Below, piece after piece: positions 16,740-26,087 of a DNA stretch of 41,337 nucleotides. The notes below the pieces were generated by a model. That model ran no database searches. It had not been told where the DNA came from and saw nothing but the letters and a program-made list of their open reading frames with translations. The position numbers and the translations under genes were made by a program. Every line of letters starts with the position of its first letter. The stretch's first letter is position 1. The stretch is from Candidatus Woesearchaeota archaeon (GTDB taxonomy: Archaea > Nanobdellota > Nanobdellia > Woesearchaeales > CG1-02-33-12): assembly GCA_017610275.1 (NCBI GenBank), contig JAFCCI010000002.1, positions 1 to 41,337 on the forward strand, written 5' to 3'.

Positions 16740-17708
16740 TTAGTCTAATATAATTTTTGTTTCCAGCAAAGTTAATTTTCCAGAATCTAAAACTTTTAGT
16801 AATCTTGGATTCAATGAGTATATTTTATTTTTGATTTCTTTAACTTCAGGAAAATGAATTGAATGCTTTCTATTAAATTGTTTATTTAATCCATAACTTT
16901 TTAATTCATGTTTATTACAGAAAAGGATTCCTTCCCTAGTTCTATATTTAGCTTGGATTTCTAAATCTGTTGGTATTTTATTAGGGAATTTCATTGTACA
17001 TTCTCCTTCTTTTCCATCTCTAACATCTCCACAATGGTTCAGGCTTGCAAATGCGTGGCCAAATTCATGTAAAGCAGCCTGTTTTATTATTTCTCTTCCG
17101 CTATTTTTGTATCTCTTTATACTTATTATTGCCCCCTGATCGCCACCCTCTCCAATCATAAACCTATAGCCATATAATCTATCATATAAATCAAAATCAG
17201 ATAATAATATTACCTCATAGTGCGGTCTTTCATTTTGAATAGGATCTTCCTTTAAATCTTTCCAAAATACATATAAATCACATTGGCCATTATTAGATAT
17301 ATCATAATTTTTTCTTTCTGGATTAAATGATCTTTTAATATACCAGTCTATGCTTTGGTGAGGTTCATTTCCTTCATTCCAATAACCAAAACTGTGTATT
17401 GGCAAAATTTCTTTCATATTTATAGAATTTAACACTTCTTCTAATGCCTCAACAACAATTCCAAGATTTCTATCAGAAGTTCCTTTATCACATGTTACAA
17501 AAATAGGTTTAAATCTATAAAAAGGATTTATGGGTGTTTGTAATGAGAGAATTTTATTATCATATTTCACTCTTTCAATCAAGCTTTTTCCTCTCTTTCC
17601 TGCTTTTTCTATCGATTGTTTTATTGTTAGTGTTATCTTATTCCCATCATATTTAAAATTTTTTTTAGAATTTAATAATTTAATTAGTTCTGAATTATTT
17701 TCATCCAT
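16740..17708 (-). CDS. Zincin metallopeptidase, archaemetzincin-like
   Basis: HEFGHAFASLNHC followed by ECTM (Met-turn-like) and LFCNKH. Confidence 0.7.
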   Translation of the reverse strand: MDENNSELIKLLNSKKNFKYDGNKITLTIKQSIEKAGKRGKSLIERVKYDNKILSLQTPINPFYRFKPIFVTCDKGTSDRNLGIVVEALEEVLNSINMKEILPIHSFGYWNEGNEPHQSIDWYIKRSFNPERKNYDISNNGQCDLYVFWKDLKEDPIQNERPHYEVILLSDFDLYDRLYGYRFMIGEGGDQGAIISIKRYKNSGREIIKQAALHEFGHAFASLNHCGDVRDGKEGECTMKFPNKIPTDLEIQAKYRTREGILFCNKHELKSYGLNKQFNRKHSIHFPEVKEIKNKIYSLNPRLLKVLDSGKLTLLETKIILD

Positions 17709-17840
17709 GATATTAAATAGTTTAAAAATTTTATAAACTTTTTCTTTTTGGTGCTTTTTTATAATATTTACAAATTAGATGTTGGTTGACAGCACAAACC
17801 AGGCAAAAGCTTTAAATAATCTAACTAAAGAACAAAAACA

Positions 17841-18371
17841 ATGATAGAACTGGAAAGAACATACTTGGCAAAATATCTTCCTCAAGGTCTAAGTAACTGC
17901 AAATCAAAGGAAATCATTGATATTTATATTCCAAAATCAAGCATTCACCCAACACTAAGAATCAGAAAAAATGGCAGTGAATATGAAATAACCAAAAAAG
18001 AGCCTGTTAAGGGAAATGATTCCTCTCATCAAAGAGAGCAAACAATTATTCTTAGAGAATCTGAATTCAGGGAACTTGAGCAGCTAGACGGAAAACAAGT
18101 TAGTAAAATAAGATATTGTTATAATTATAATGGCAGAACCGCTGAAATAGATGTATTTCAGGGTAAATTAAAAGGACTGATTCTTGTAGATTTTGAATTC
18201 AAAGAAATAGGGGAAAAAGATTCTTTTGAAATGCCTGATTTTTGTTTAGCAGATGTAACGCAGGAGAAATTTATTGCCGGAGGTATGATTTGCGGGAAAT
18301 CTTATGAAGATATTAAGGATGATTTAAAGAGGTTTAATTATTCTAAACTATTTTTAAATCCAAAACTATAA
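17841..18371 (+). CDS. CYTH-domain (triphosphate tunnel) protein
   Basis: N-terminal IELERTY (ExExK-like), LRIRK, KIRY, EIDVF, DFEF. Confidence 0.85.
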   Translation: MIELERTYLAKYLPQGLSNCKSKEIIDIYIPKSSIHPTLRIRKNGSEYEITKKEPVKGNDSSHQREQTIILRESEFRELEQLDGKQVSKIRYCYNYNGRTAEIDVFQGKLKGLILVDFEFKEIGEKDSFEMPDFCLADVTQEKFIAGGMICGKSYEDIKDDLKRFNYSKLFLNPKL

Positions 18372-18396
18372 AAACAAAAAGGATTTTTTAGATAGA

Positions 18397-18684
18397 ATGA
18401 AAGAAATTACTGATGAAAAGCTGGAGAAATACTTTGATATTACAGGTCAAGCACTGAAAAAAGCCAAAGACAATATCTCAAAAGATAACTCAAAGAAAGA
18501 GTTTGCAGCTGATTTTCTTGACATGACCCAGCGTTACTACAAAGATGCCAAATATTTCAGGGAAAAAGATGACTATGTTAATGCATTCGCGGCCCTAAGC
18601 TATGCACATGGCTGGCTTGACGCAGGCGCAAGAATAAAGCTGTTTGATGTTCATGACTCTAAGTTATTCACTGTTGATGATTAA
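18397..18684 (+). CDS. DUF357-family archaeal protein
   Basis: YYKDAKYF...DYVNAFAALSYAHGWLDAG. Confidence 0.88.
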   Translation: MKEITDEKLEKYFDITGQALKKAKDNISKDNSKKEFAADFLDMTQRYYKDAKYFREKDDYVNAFAALSYAHGWLDAGARIKLFDVHDSKLFTVDD

Positions 18685-18689
18685 TTTTA

Positions 18690-19289
18690 TTAAATTTTAG
18701 AATTTTTAATTAATTTCCTAATATCTTTCCAATTCTTACCAAACCACCTCATATCATTTGTTACAAAACATTTCTCTGGGTTTTTTGCTATATAGTCTGC
18801 GAGAGATTTTCCTCCACCCATATTGCAATGGAATTGTCCAACAAATTCTTTATTTTTAGGATAACCCTCAAACTCACAATAAAATAAATAGTCTTTCTTT
18901 TTAATTGCGATTTTATGTTTCGAACCATGCCCAAATATATAAACATGTTCTATATTATCATTTAAAATGATTTCTTTAAACTTTTGTTTGTTAACCTTAT
19001 CATAAACCTTATAGGGAATTTTATTTTTCAGAAAATGCTTTATCAAAATCTCGGCACCATCAACATAAAAACTTTCTTTATCTAATTTATAATCATTGGC
19101 TATTATTATTGCCCTATGATTTCCTTCTGGTTTATACTCTTTGTTTCTTTTAACAAATCTTATAACTCTAGGGAAAAGTCTAATTGATAAAATTCTCAAT
19201 ATAAAATCCCCAATTTCGCAGGAAAATTTTCCCATTAGGATTCCTAAGAAAAATATTATTATAATATAATGAATACAACCTAGTCCCAT
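18690..19289 (-). CDS. Membrane-anchored protein, possible caspase-hemoglobinase-fold Cys peptidase
   Basis: N-terminal TM helix; RAIIIA strand, VYIFGHG and VGQFHC (His-Gly/Cys dyad pattern). Confidence 0.45.
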   Translation of the reverse strand: MGLGCIHYIIIIFFLGILMGKFSCEIGDFILRILSIRLFPRVIRFVKRNKEYKPEGNHRAIIIANDYKLDKESFYVDGAEILIKHFLKNKIPYKVYDKVNKQKFKEIILNDNIEHVYIFGHGSKHKIAIKKKDYLFYCEFEGYPKNKEFVGQFHCNMGGGKSLADYIAKNPEKCFVTNDMRWFGKNWKDIRKLIKNSKI

Positions 19290-19312
19290 ATAATTAAATA
19301 AAGTACTTTATT

Positions 19313-19933
19313 TTAAATATTTATTCTTTTGTTTTTATTTAAACTCAGATTTAATACAAAATAAATTAATAATGAAATAATAACTGCAACAATAATTGTC
19401 CTTACAAAGAATCCCTGGAAGAAAGACTGCTGGTAAGCCTGAATCATCAATGAGCCTGCATTAAACTTCCAGTTGCCCATTGGAAAAAAGATTATGTGGA
19501 ATAATTTAAAAAAACTGTTAAAAAATAGTGAAGCAATTAAAGAAAACAAGGTAATTAAAAACATTATTAATGAGGCTTTTTTAAAGTGATTAATGTGTAT
19601 TTTCCTTTTGTAAATCAATACAAAAAATCCAATTAATAAAGCAATAAAAAGAAACTCTTCAAATATAATCAGTCTTTTAACATCTGCCATGTGTGATTTT
19701 TCATTCTCATCAAAATCAACGTTTAACTCTGAACTAAAGCCGGTTATGTATTTTGTTACATTTTTGTCAATCTCTAAATGAATTGGATTCTCTGAATATT
19801 TTTTTATAAGCAAGCCATGAAAAGAAGTTGAATAAAGAAGAAAGTTAAAAGAACCAAAGATAACTATAAAAGCTACTAATAATGCAATGATAATTTCCTT
19901 TGAATTGTATTTAATCATGTTAAGCTTTCTCAA
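19313..19933 (-). CDS. Integral membrane protein, DUF1461 type
   Basis: E..HMADVKRL and FH.IFF..GNW.F motifs; four hydrophobic segments. Confidence 0.8.
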   Translation of the reverse strand: MRKLNMIKYNSKEIIIALLVAFIVIFGSFNFLLYSTSFHGLLIKKYSENPIHLEIDKNVTKYITGFSSELNVDFDENEKSHMADVKRLIIFEEFLFIALLIGFFVLIYKRKIHINHFKKASLIMFLITLFSLIASLFFNSFFKLFHIIFFPMGNWKFNAGSLMIQAYQQSFFQGFFVRTIIVAVIISLLIYFVLNLSLNKNKRINI

Positions 19934-20915
19934 TCATTGGATATGTTCCAGGAATCATGAAAACCTTTTCTGTTTTTACTGCAAGGCCTTTTTCACCAAG
20001 CATTTCCTCAGAATCCAGCTTTGCAGTTCCATAGCAGATAAACTCTCCTTTTAATGTCATTACAGCAACAATATCCTGCACAGTTATGCCTGACTCAAGC
20101 TTTGAGATTCCAGGCACATTAAGATTTGCGCCATGGCATAAGCTGTCAACTGCGCTGTCAAGAACATATATTTTTTGCAGATGTTTTACAGCATTTTCTA
20201 TTGGTTGTATACAATATCTTAGATATTTTTCATTTCCTTCTTCTTTATAATAATAAAAAGCATCTGTTAAATCCTGCAATGTAACAAGATTTGTGCTTTC
20301 GTTAAAAGGCCCTGCTTTTGTTCTTCTTAACTCAGCCATATGGGCTCCACAGCCAAGCTTTTGGCCAATGTCATGTATAAGCTTTCTTATGTATGTTCCT
20401 GCCTGGCAGCCAACCTTAAACAAGACATCCTGGCCATCAATTTCAATTATATCAAAATAATAAATTTGCCTTTCCCTTAATCTCCTTTTAACAGAGCTTT
20501 TTATAGGCGGCATCTGCATTATCTTACCAACAAAATCATTACATGTTGTATAAATCTCATGCTCTGGAATCTCTTTGTGAATATGCATTAGTCCAACATA
20601 TTCTTTACCTGCCTTAAGCAATGTCTGCACTACTCTTGTTGCCCTGCTAGTTGCTATTGGTAAAACACCTGTAACACCTGGATCTAATGTCCCTGAGTGG
20701 CCAGCCTTGCTTATATTAAGAATTTTCTGCAAATAAGCACTTACCTGATGTGATGTAGGCCCAGGAGGCTTGTCTATGTTTACAATGCCATAATTTATGA
20801 GTTCTTTTACAGGCCTTTTATCTGGCTCGCATCCAAATTTTGATGAAGTTACAGATTTCTTTCTAACCAGAATCTTTCTTTTAGTCTTTTCAAAAGGCAG
20901 TAAATCTTTTTCCAT
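19920..20915 (-). CDS. cbf5: H/ACA pseudouridine synthase Cbf5 (TruB family, PUA domain)
   Basis: IDKPPGPTSHQV, GHSGTLDPGVTGVL, QMPPIKSSVKR, GTYIRKL and a C-terminal PUA domain. Confidence 0.96.
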   Translation of the reverse strand: MEKDLLPFEKTKRKILVRKKSVTSSKFGCEPDKRPVKELINYGIVNIDKPPGPTSHQVSAYLQKILNISKAGHSGTLDPGVTGVLPIATSRATRVVQTLLKAGKEYVGLMHIHKEIPEHEIYTTCNDFVGKIMQMPPIKSSVKRRLRERQIYYFDIIEIDGQDVLFKVGCQAGTYIRKLIHDIGQKLGCGAHMAELRRTKAGPFNESTNLVTLQDLTDAFYYYKEEGNEKYLRYCIQPIENAVKHLQKIYVLDSAVDSLCHGANLNVPGISKLESGITVQDIVAVMTLKGEFICYGTAKLDSEEMLGEKGLAVKTEKVFMIPGTYPMIEKA

Positions 20916-20971
20916 GCCTAGAAAGAGTTTTTTGTTATTTAATAAGCTTTTGCTTTAATAAAATTTATCTA

Positions 20972-21190
20972 TTAAATACTCTTGGTTTGTATGTAATAAC
21001 CAGCACTCAAATCAAAATATTCAATTACCCCGCACATTATTTCATATGCTTTTTTTTTGTAATAAACAATCTGCCCTTTATTATACTTTTTGTTTTTATC
21101 CTTGGGAAAAAACATAGCTTCTTCTTCTCCTTCTCCAATAAACGTTATTCTTCCTTCTAGGTTCTCTTTTTTAAGAATATCCTTTTTCAT
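20972..21190 (-). CDS. Small hypothetical protein
   Basis: ATG immediately follows the rpl31e stop; fills the gap before the cbf5 promoter. Confidence 0.55.
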   Translation of the reverse strand: MKKDILKKENLEGRITFIGEGEEEAMFFPKDKNKKYNKGQIVYYKKKAYEIMCGVIEYFDLSAGYYIQTKSI

Positions 21191-21682
21191 TTAGGTTTTA
21201 GTTAGAACTCTTTTTTCTTCTTTAACTTCTTTTTTATCTTCTGATGGTTTCTTTTCTTCAGTCTTTGTTTCCTTGGATTCTTCTTTCTTTTCTTCTATTT
21301 TCTTCTCAGGCTGCTTTTTCTCTTCTTCCTTAGGTAATACTTCCTTTTTTTCTTCTTTCTTTACTGGCTTTTTCTTTTCTTCTTTTGGCTTTTCAACAGG
21401 TGCTCCTACAAGCTCTGCTTTTACAAGGCCGTCATCAAACTTCTCAACCTTAACTTTGACTTTGTGTGGTGGATTTTTAATGCCGTGCTCCCATACTTTA
21501 AGATTTAAATACTTCCCAATCTTGATATTATCTGATTTCATATGCTTTGCTAAGAATTCTTTTAAGGCCTTGATTGTCTTCTTTGCCCTTTTGTATTTTG
21601 GAGCTTTCTGAAACTCTTTTCTTAGGGGGATTATATACTCTCTTTCTAATACAACTTTTGATTTTTCCTCTTTCTTTGCCAT
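21191..21682 (-). CDS. rpl31e: 50S ribosomal protein L31e with K/E-rich C-terminal tail
   Basis: EREYIIPLRK...KRAKK..K.LKEFLAKHMK...LN..VWEHGIKNPP. Confidence 0.95.
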   Translation of the reverse strand: MAKKEEKSKVVLEREYIIPLRKEFQKAPKYKRAKKTIKALKEFLAKHMKSDNIKIGKYLNLKVWEHGIKNPPHKVKVKVEKFDDGLVKAELVGAPVEKPKEEKKKPVKKEEKKEVLPKEEEKKQPEKKIEEKKEESKETKTEEKKPSEDKKEVKEEKRVLTKT

Positions 21683-21683
21683 T

Positions 21684-21857
21684 TTATGCCTTTGTCTTTG
21701 TTCTTCTCCATGATCTCTTTATTTCAGTATGCCTGCCAGGATGGACTCTTCTTCCTTTTCCATAGATTTTCATGACTGTCCAGAAAGGGGCCCATCTGGT
21801 CTGCTTGTGCAATTTTGCAAGCCTTAGTTTCCTGCTTAAATGTTTGTATGTTGCCAT
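21684..21857 (-). CDS. rpl39e: 50S ribosomal protein L39e (57 aa, absent from the ORF track)
   Basis: Hand translation MATYKHLSRKLRLAKLHKQTRWAPFWTVMKIYGKGRRVHPGRHTEIKRSWRRTKTKA; canonical position before rpl31e. Confidence 0.92.
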   Translation of the reverse strand: MATYKHLSRKLRLAKLHKQTRWAPFWTVMKIYGKGRRVHPGRHTEIKRSWRRTKTKA

Positions 21858-21858
21858 T

Positions 21859-22176
21859 TTATTTCCTTATCATCTTGAATTTATGTTTTTTTGGCTGTAA
21901 CCTCATTAAAAGATTTTTCAATGCATCATCATCAACTGTTTTTATCTGGCCTGATTGAATTGCCTGACCCAATAAAGCAAGCAACTGAACTGCCAGTTCA
22001 GGATGTGCTGTTTTTAGGTTGCCGTATCTTTCCAATGCTTTTTTTGTTAATACTCCTTTAACCAAAAGCTCAAGTTGAGCTATCTGTTGCTGCATCTGAG
22101 CTTCTTCTGAATCTGGTTGTTGTTTTGTTTGAAGTTCTTCAAGTCTTTTCCTTTTAAGTTCCTCAAGATCAGTCAT
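21859..22176 (-). CDS. PDCD5-like DNA-binding protein
   Basis: DLEELKRKRLEELQ, LTKKALERYGNLK.AHPELA; conserved rps19e-linked position. Confidence 0.92.
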   Translation of the reverse strand: MTDLEELKRKRLEELQTKQQPDSEEAQMQQQIAQLELLVKGVLTKKALERYGNLKTAHPELAVQLLALLGQAIQSGQIKTVDDDALKNLLMRLQPKKHKFKMIRK

Positions 22177-22976
22177 TTTTTTGCTTTTTCTGCAAGCTCA
22201 GCAGCAGTTGGTACTTTGTCTTCTGGTTTACCAGCCTCTGGTTTGTCTTTTTTCTCAGGCTCTTCTTTTTTCTCTTCAACCTTGTTCTCTGCTTTAGCTT
22301 CAGCAGGTTTTTCTTCTGCTGGTTTTTTGATTTCTTGTGATTGTTCAGTTTTGATATCCTGTTTTTTTACTTCTGGTTTTTTCTCAGCTTTTTCTGTTTT
22401 TTGAGCAGTAGGTTTTTCTTCTTTTGGCTTCTCCTTAACATCCTCGGGTTTTTTCTCAATTACTTCTGGTTTTTTGATTTCTTTTGGTTGTTCTTTCTTA
22501 ACAGGCTCTTTTTTTATTTCAACTGGTTTCTCTGCTTTTACTTGTGGTTTTTTGCCGGAAAGCTGGGCAGCAACCTTATCAAGAAGAGATGCCCCTTTTG
22601 GAGCAATTATCCTTCCTTTGTGAATTCCTTTTTCTGCTTTTTTAACAAGTTCTGCCTCTTCAAGCTGCTGTAATATTAATCTTATTATTTTTCCAGATCC
22701 TTTATAAAATTTCTCTGGTTTAACACCCCTGTTTTTTTTGCCGCCATATTTTGTTCTTAGCTTTGAGACACCAACTGGTCCAATTTTAGCTATTGTCCTT
22801 AGAATAGCTGCTGCTCTTACATTCCACCAGTCATCTCTTGCAGGTGCTCTTTCCTTATGAGTGCCTGTTTTAACAAACTCTGACCATGCAGGCGCCTTGA
22901 TAGAAGCTATTTTTTTCAGTTCTAAGGCTATTTTTTCTATTAATTTGTTCTGAGGAACATTATAAATACTTTTCAT
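22173..22976 (-). CDS. rps19e: 30S ribosomal protein S19e with long E/K/P-rich tail
   Basis: PAWSEFVKTGTHKERAP..DWW.VRAAAILR, GVSKLRTKYGG, GSGKIIR.ILQQLE. Confidence 0.97.
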   Translation of the reverse strand: MKSIYNVPQNKLIEKIALELKKIASIKAPAWSEFVKTGTHKERAPARDDWWNVRAAAILRTIAKIGPVGVSKLRTKYGGKKNRGVKPEKFYKGSGKIIRLILQQLEEAELVKKAEKGIHKGRIIAPKGASLLDKVAAQLSGKKPQVKAEKPVEIKKEPVKKEQPKEIKKPEVIEKKPEDVKEKPKEEKPTAQKTEKAEKKPEVKKQDIKTEQSQEIKKPAEEKPAEAKAENKVEEKKEEPEKKDKPEAGKPEDKVPTAAELAEKAKK

Positions 22977-23448
22977 CAAAATCACTCCATTATTTAACCT
23001 GTATATTTAAAGATAATGGCTTAAAAGTTCTTAATTAGCTTTTTAAACAAATTAGTTTAAAATAGAACCCTTAATCCCATTAAATAAACCCTATTCAATA
23101 CTATACTCTAGCAAACCAGAAAACGAGGATTATTTAAAAAGCTTGTGTTTGTTAATTATTAACATAATTTGCTGCCAAATAGAAAGATTTAAAAAGGAAC
23201 CCCCATCCCCCAAAGATATATCGGGACTTTTTGACTATTTGTCGGTAAAGTTTATTTAGGCAATTGTTTTTTTGTTTCTGAGAAAAAATTAATTCAGATT
23301 ATACAAATGGTAGATTATAAAATAATTAAGCATTGCAGATTATGCAGGAAAAGGTTTGTTGTGAAAAAAGGAGAATCAAAAAGGATTTACTGCGATGAAT
23401 GCAAATTAAAAATTGAAAATCAAGATAACAATATGGAGGAAATATAAA

Positions 23449-23640
23449 ATGAAAGGAACAGTAAAATTCTTCAACGACATGAAAGGATTTGGATTTATTG
23501 CAGCTGAAGATGGCAAGGAGTATTTTGTCCACCAGTCAGGAATTCAGGAAGGAGTGACACTGCAGGAAAATGATGCAGTAACCTTTGATGTTGAAGAAGG
23601 AGACAGAGGACCAAAAGCGGTCAACGTTAATAAAGAATAA
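23449..23640 (+). CDS. cspA: Cold-shock domain protein
   Basis: [17 protein letters not shown] (RNP1), YFVHQS (RNP2), GPKAVNV; GGAGG RBS before ATG 23449. Confidence 0.95.
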   Translation: MKGTVKFFNDMKGFGFIAAEDGKEYFVHQSGIQEGVTLQENDAVTFDVEEGDRGPKAVNVNKE

Positions 23641-23767
23641 ATAAAATAAATAGATTTTGACTTTTTTTGTTTTTTATAAAGCAAAATAGTTTTGTGAAAG
23701 ATAGAAAAGGCATTTGCTCAATTTGAACACTTCGCTTTTTCTGAATAATCTATTATTGAGGTAGAAA

Positions 23768-24961
23768 ATGAATGCGTTTAATAGTTTTAAATTCAGCGAT
23801 GAATTAATGGAATCAATTGAAAAACTTGGGTTTGATAGCCCTACTCAGATACAGAGCAGTTCAATACCCTATATACTTCAGGGTAAGGATGTAATAGGAG
23901 AATCTGAAACAGGTTCAGGCAAGACACTTGCTTTTGGCTCAGGAATAGTTGAAAAAACAATTCCTGGAAAAGGGCTTCAGGCACTGGTAATAACGCCGAC
24001 AAGAGAGCTTGCAGAGCAAGTCAGGAAAGAATTAAAGAAGATTGCAGTAAACAAGAAACTAAACATAATTTCTGTTTATGGAGGGGTTGCAATAAACCCC
24101 CAGATTTACGGGTTAAGAACAGCAGAGGTTGTCATTGCAACGCCAGGAAGGTTCAAGGACCATCTTCAGAGATGCACAGTAAACACATCAGGAATAAAGA
24201 TTCTTGTGCTCGATGAGGCAGACAAGATGCTTGATATGGGATTTATTGATGACATAGAGGATATAATAAAAACATGCCCAAAAGACAGGCAGACATTGTT
24301 TTTTTCTGCTACAATTCCTCCAAGAATAGAGGAATTATCAAACAGGTACATGAGGAATCCGGTAAATATTTCTACGAGAAAGCAGGTTGATCCAAGCAAG
24401 CTCAAGCAGTTTTACTATAGTATACCAAAAAACTTCAAGCTTTCGTTGCTTTTGCATTTAGTTAAAAAGGAAGACTCAAAACTTATCATGGTTTTCTGCA
24501 ATACAAGAAGCACCACTGATTTTGTTGCTAAAAATCTCAAGATTAATGGGGTAAATGCAATAGCAATACACGGCGGATTAACGCAGAACAAAAGAGAAAA
24601 CTCAATGGAAGATTTCAAGAAGGGAAATTCATTTGTTCTTGTTTGCACAGATGTTGCTGCCCGTGGAATACATGTTGATAATGTTTCCCACATAGTTAAT
24701 TATGAAATTCCAAAAAACCCTATAGATTATGTCCACAGGATAGGCAGGACAGCAAGGGCAGGAGAAGAGGGAAAGGTAATTAATTTGCTTTGTGATGATG
24801 ATTATGGGAATTTTTCAAGAATCCTGGATGAATACCGTACTTTTGATGTTAAACAGATGGAAAAGCCATATGTTGAGAAGATAAAGATTGTAAGTAACAG
24901 TAATCCAAGAAGGAATAACCCAAGAAGAAACACCTATAACAGAAGAAGAAGGTTTCACTAA
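23768..24961 (+). CDS. DEAD-box RNA helicase
   Basis: Q motif, ETGSGKT, PTRELA, TPGR, DEAD, SAT, HRIGRTAR and an Arg-rich tail. Confidence 0.97.
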   Translation: MNAFNSFKFSDELMESIEKLGFDSPTQIQSSSIPYILQGKDVIGESETGSGKTLAFGSGIVEKTIPGKGLQALVITPTRELAEQVRKELKKIAVNKKLNIISVYGGVAINPQIYGLRTAEVVIATPGRFKDHLQRCTVNTSGIKILVLDEADKMLDMGFIDDIEDIIKTCPKDRQTLFFSATIPPRIEELSNRYMRNPVNISTRKQVDPSKLKQFYYSIPKNFKLSLLLHLVKKEDSKLIMVFCNTRSTTDFVAKNLKINGVNAIAIHGGLTQNKRENSMEDFKKGNSFVLVCTDVAARGIHVDNVSHIVNYEIPKNPIDYVHRIGRTARAGEEGKVINLLCDDDYGNFSRILDEYRTFDVKQMEKPYVEKIKIVSNSNPRRNNPRRNTYNRRRRFH

Positions 24962-25089
24962 ATTTTTATTTCTTATTTTAAGTATCTACAAAGACTGTGT
25001 TATTCTTTTTACTAAAAAGAGAAAATAAAGGGATGAAAAACAAAAAGTTTATAAGAAAAGAGTTTATAAAAGAATGAAAAGGGGTTATT

Positions 25090-25362
25090 ATGTTAAAAAA
25101 AAGAGCGGAGATAAGCACTTTTGAGTTGATGGTGCTAATAGTTGGATGTGCAGCAGTTATTCTTGGATTTAATCTTATCAACAGGGTTTACATGGTAGAT
25201 AAAAATATGGGCTGGCCAATGGTTATCTCAATATTCACGTGGCTTATACTTCTTGTTTTGTTTATTCTTCTAAGTATAAATGTTGATTCTAGTAAGCAGA
25301 CCCTTAAAGAGATAACTGAAATCAAGAATATTATTAAGAAACTGACCAAAAAGAGAAAATAA
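25090..25362 (+). CDS. Small two-TM membrane protein
   Basis: Two hydrophobic helices and a basic coiled tail; TTTATAAA upstream. Confidence 0.7.
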   Translation: MLKKRAEISTFELMVLIVGCAAVILGFNLINRVYMVDKNMGWPMVISIFTWLILLVLFILLSINVDSSKQTLKEITEIKNIIKKLTKKRK

Positions 25363-25388
25363 GTTTTGTAGGTCAAGCAGATTTAATT

Positions 25389-26051
25389 CTAAATATCCCC
25401 TAAGTTGATTATGGCCTTGCTAATCTTTACAGAATCATCCAAAGCTATTCTTGGACAGGCCGTATTTACAAAGCATTCTATGAATGGAAAGTTTTCCAGC
25501 TGGTTAAAGTCAATTGTGTCAAATATTAAGAAATAAAAGTTCTTATCCTTGAATCTTTTTTTAAGTTCAAGGGCTTTTCTTAGCTGCTCCTGACCGGGCT
25601 TTGTTGTTACAATAACTCCTATTTCTGTTGATGAGAGAAATTTAATCAAAGCACCTTTTTTTCTTTTGTTTATTTTTGCTGCCTCTTTTTTATCAACTTT
25701 ATTAAGTTTATTAGTCAATGGATTAAATGTGAAAACATCTTTTTTTGTTTTTAATGAAATTGCTATTGGATGAAACAAACCAGAGCCAATGTAAAGAAAT
25801 GCATCAACTTTTTTTTCAACATAAACAGCAGCATCAACATCACAGCCAAGAACCTGACCATTATATTTTGTGTGCTTTCCTTTGCCTAAAAATACTTTTT
25901 TGCCCCCTTTTTCTAATTGCGACTTAACTTCCTTAACCTGCCCTATAAACTGAACTGTTGTAACTAAGCCAACTCTTGAAGGTAATTTTAAAACATGCTT
26001 TTCAATTGATATTGGCTTCTTGTATCTTGCTTCTATAAACATTAGTTTCAT
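25389..26051 (-). CDS. dph2: Diphthamide biosynthesis Dph2-like protein, N-terminally shortened
   Basis: GQVLGCD, G.GLFHP, KPGQ and TACPRI motifs; only 220 aa. Confidence 0.85.
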   Translation of the reverse strand: MKLMFIEARYKKPISIEKHVLKLPSRVGLVTTVQFIGQVKEVKSQLEKGGKKVFLGKGKHTKYNGQVLGCDVDAAVYVEKKVDAFLYIGSGLFHPIAISLKTKKDVFTFNPLTNKLNKVDKKEAAKINKRKKGALIKFLSSTEIGVIVTTKPGQEQLRKALELKKRFKDKNFYFLIFDTIDFNQLENFPFIECFVNTACPRIALDDSVKISKAIINLGDI

Positions 26052-26087
26052 ATTTTCAAGAAAAAAGTTATTTATTTTTAAATTGTT

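Noticed and set aside
3971-17708. Island as a provirus or integrative element
   Set aside because: No integrase, capsid, terminase or replication gene, and no att-like terminal repeats were seen.
21273-22673. Several 60-112 aa plus-strand ORFs rich in F/S
   Set aside because: Antisense shadows of the K/E-rich ribosomal protein tails. The same applies to the other nested antisense ORFs in the track.
22990-23330. Long intergenic region with CCC-rich motifs as a possible replication origin or ncRNA
   Set aside because: No cdc6/orc1, no repeated ORB-like boxes and no convincing stem structure; divergent promoters suffice.
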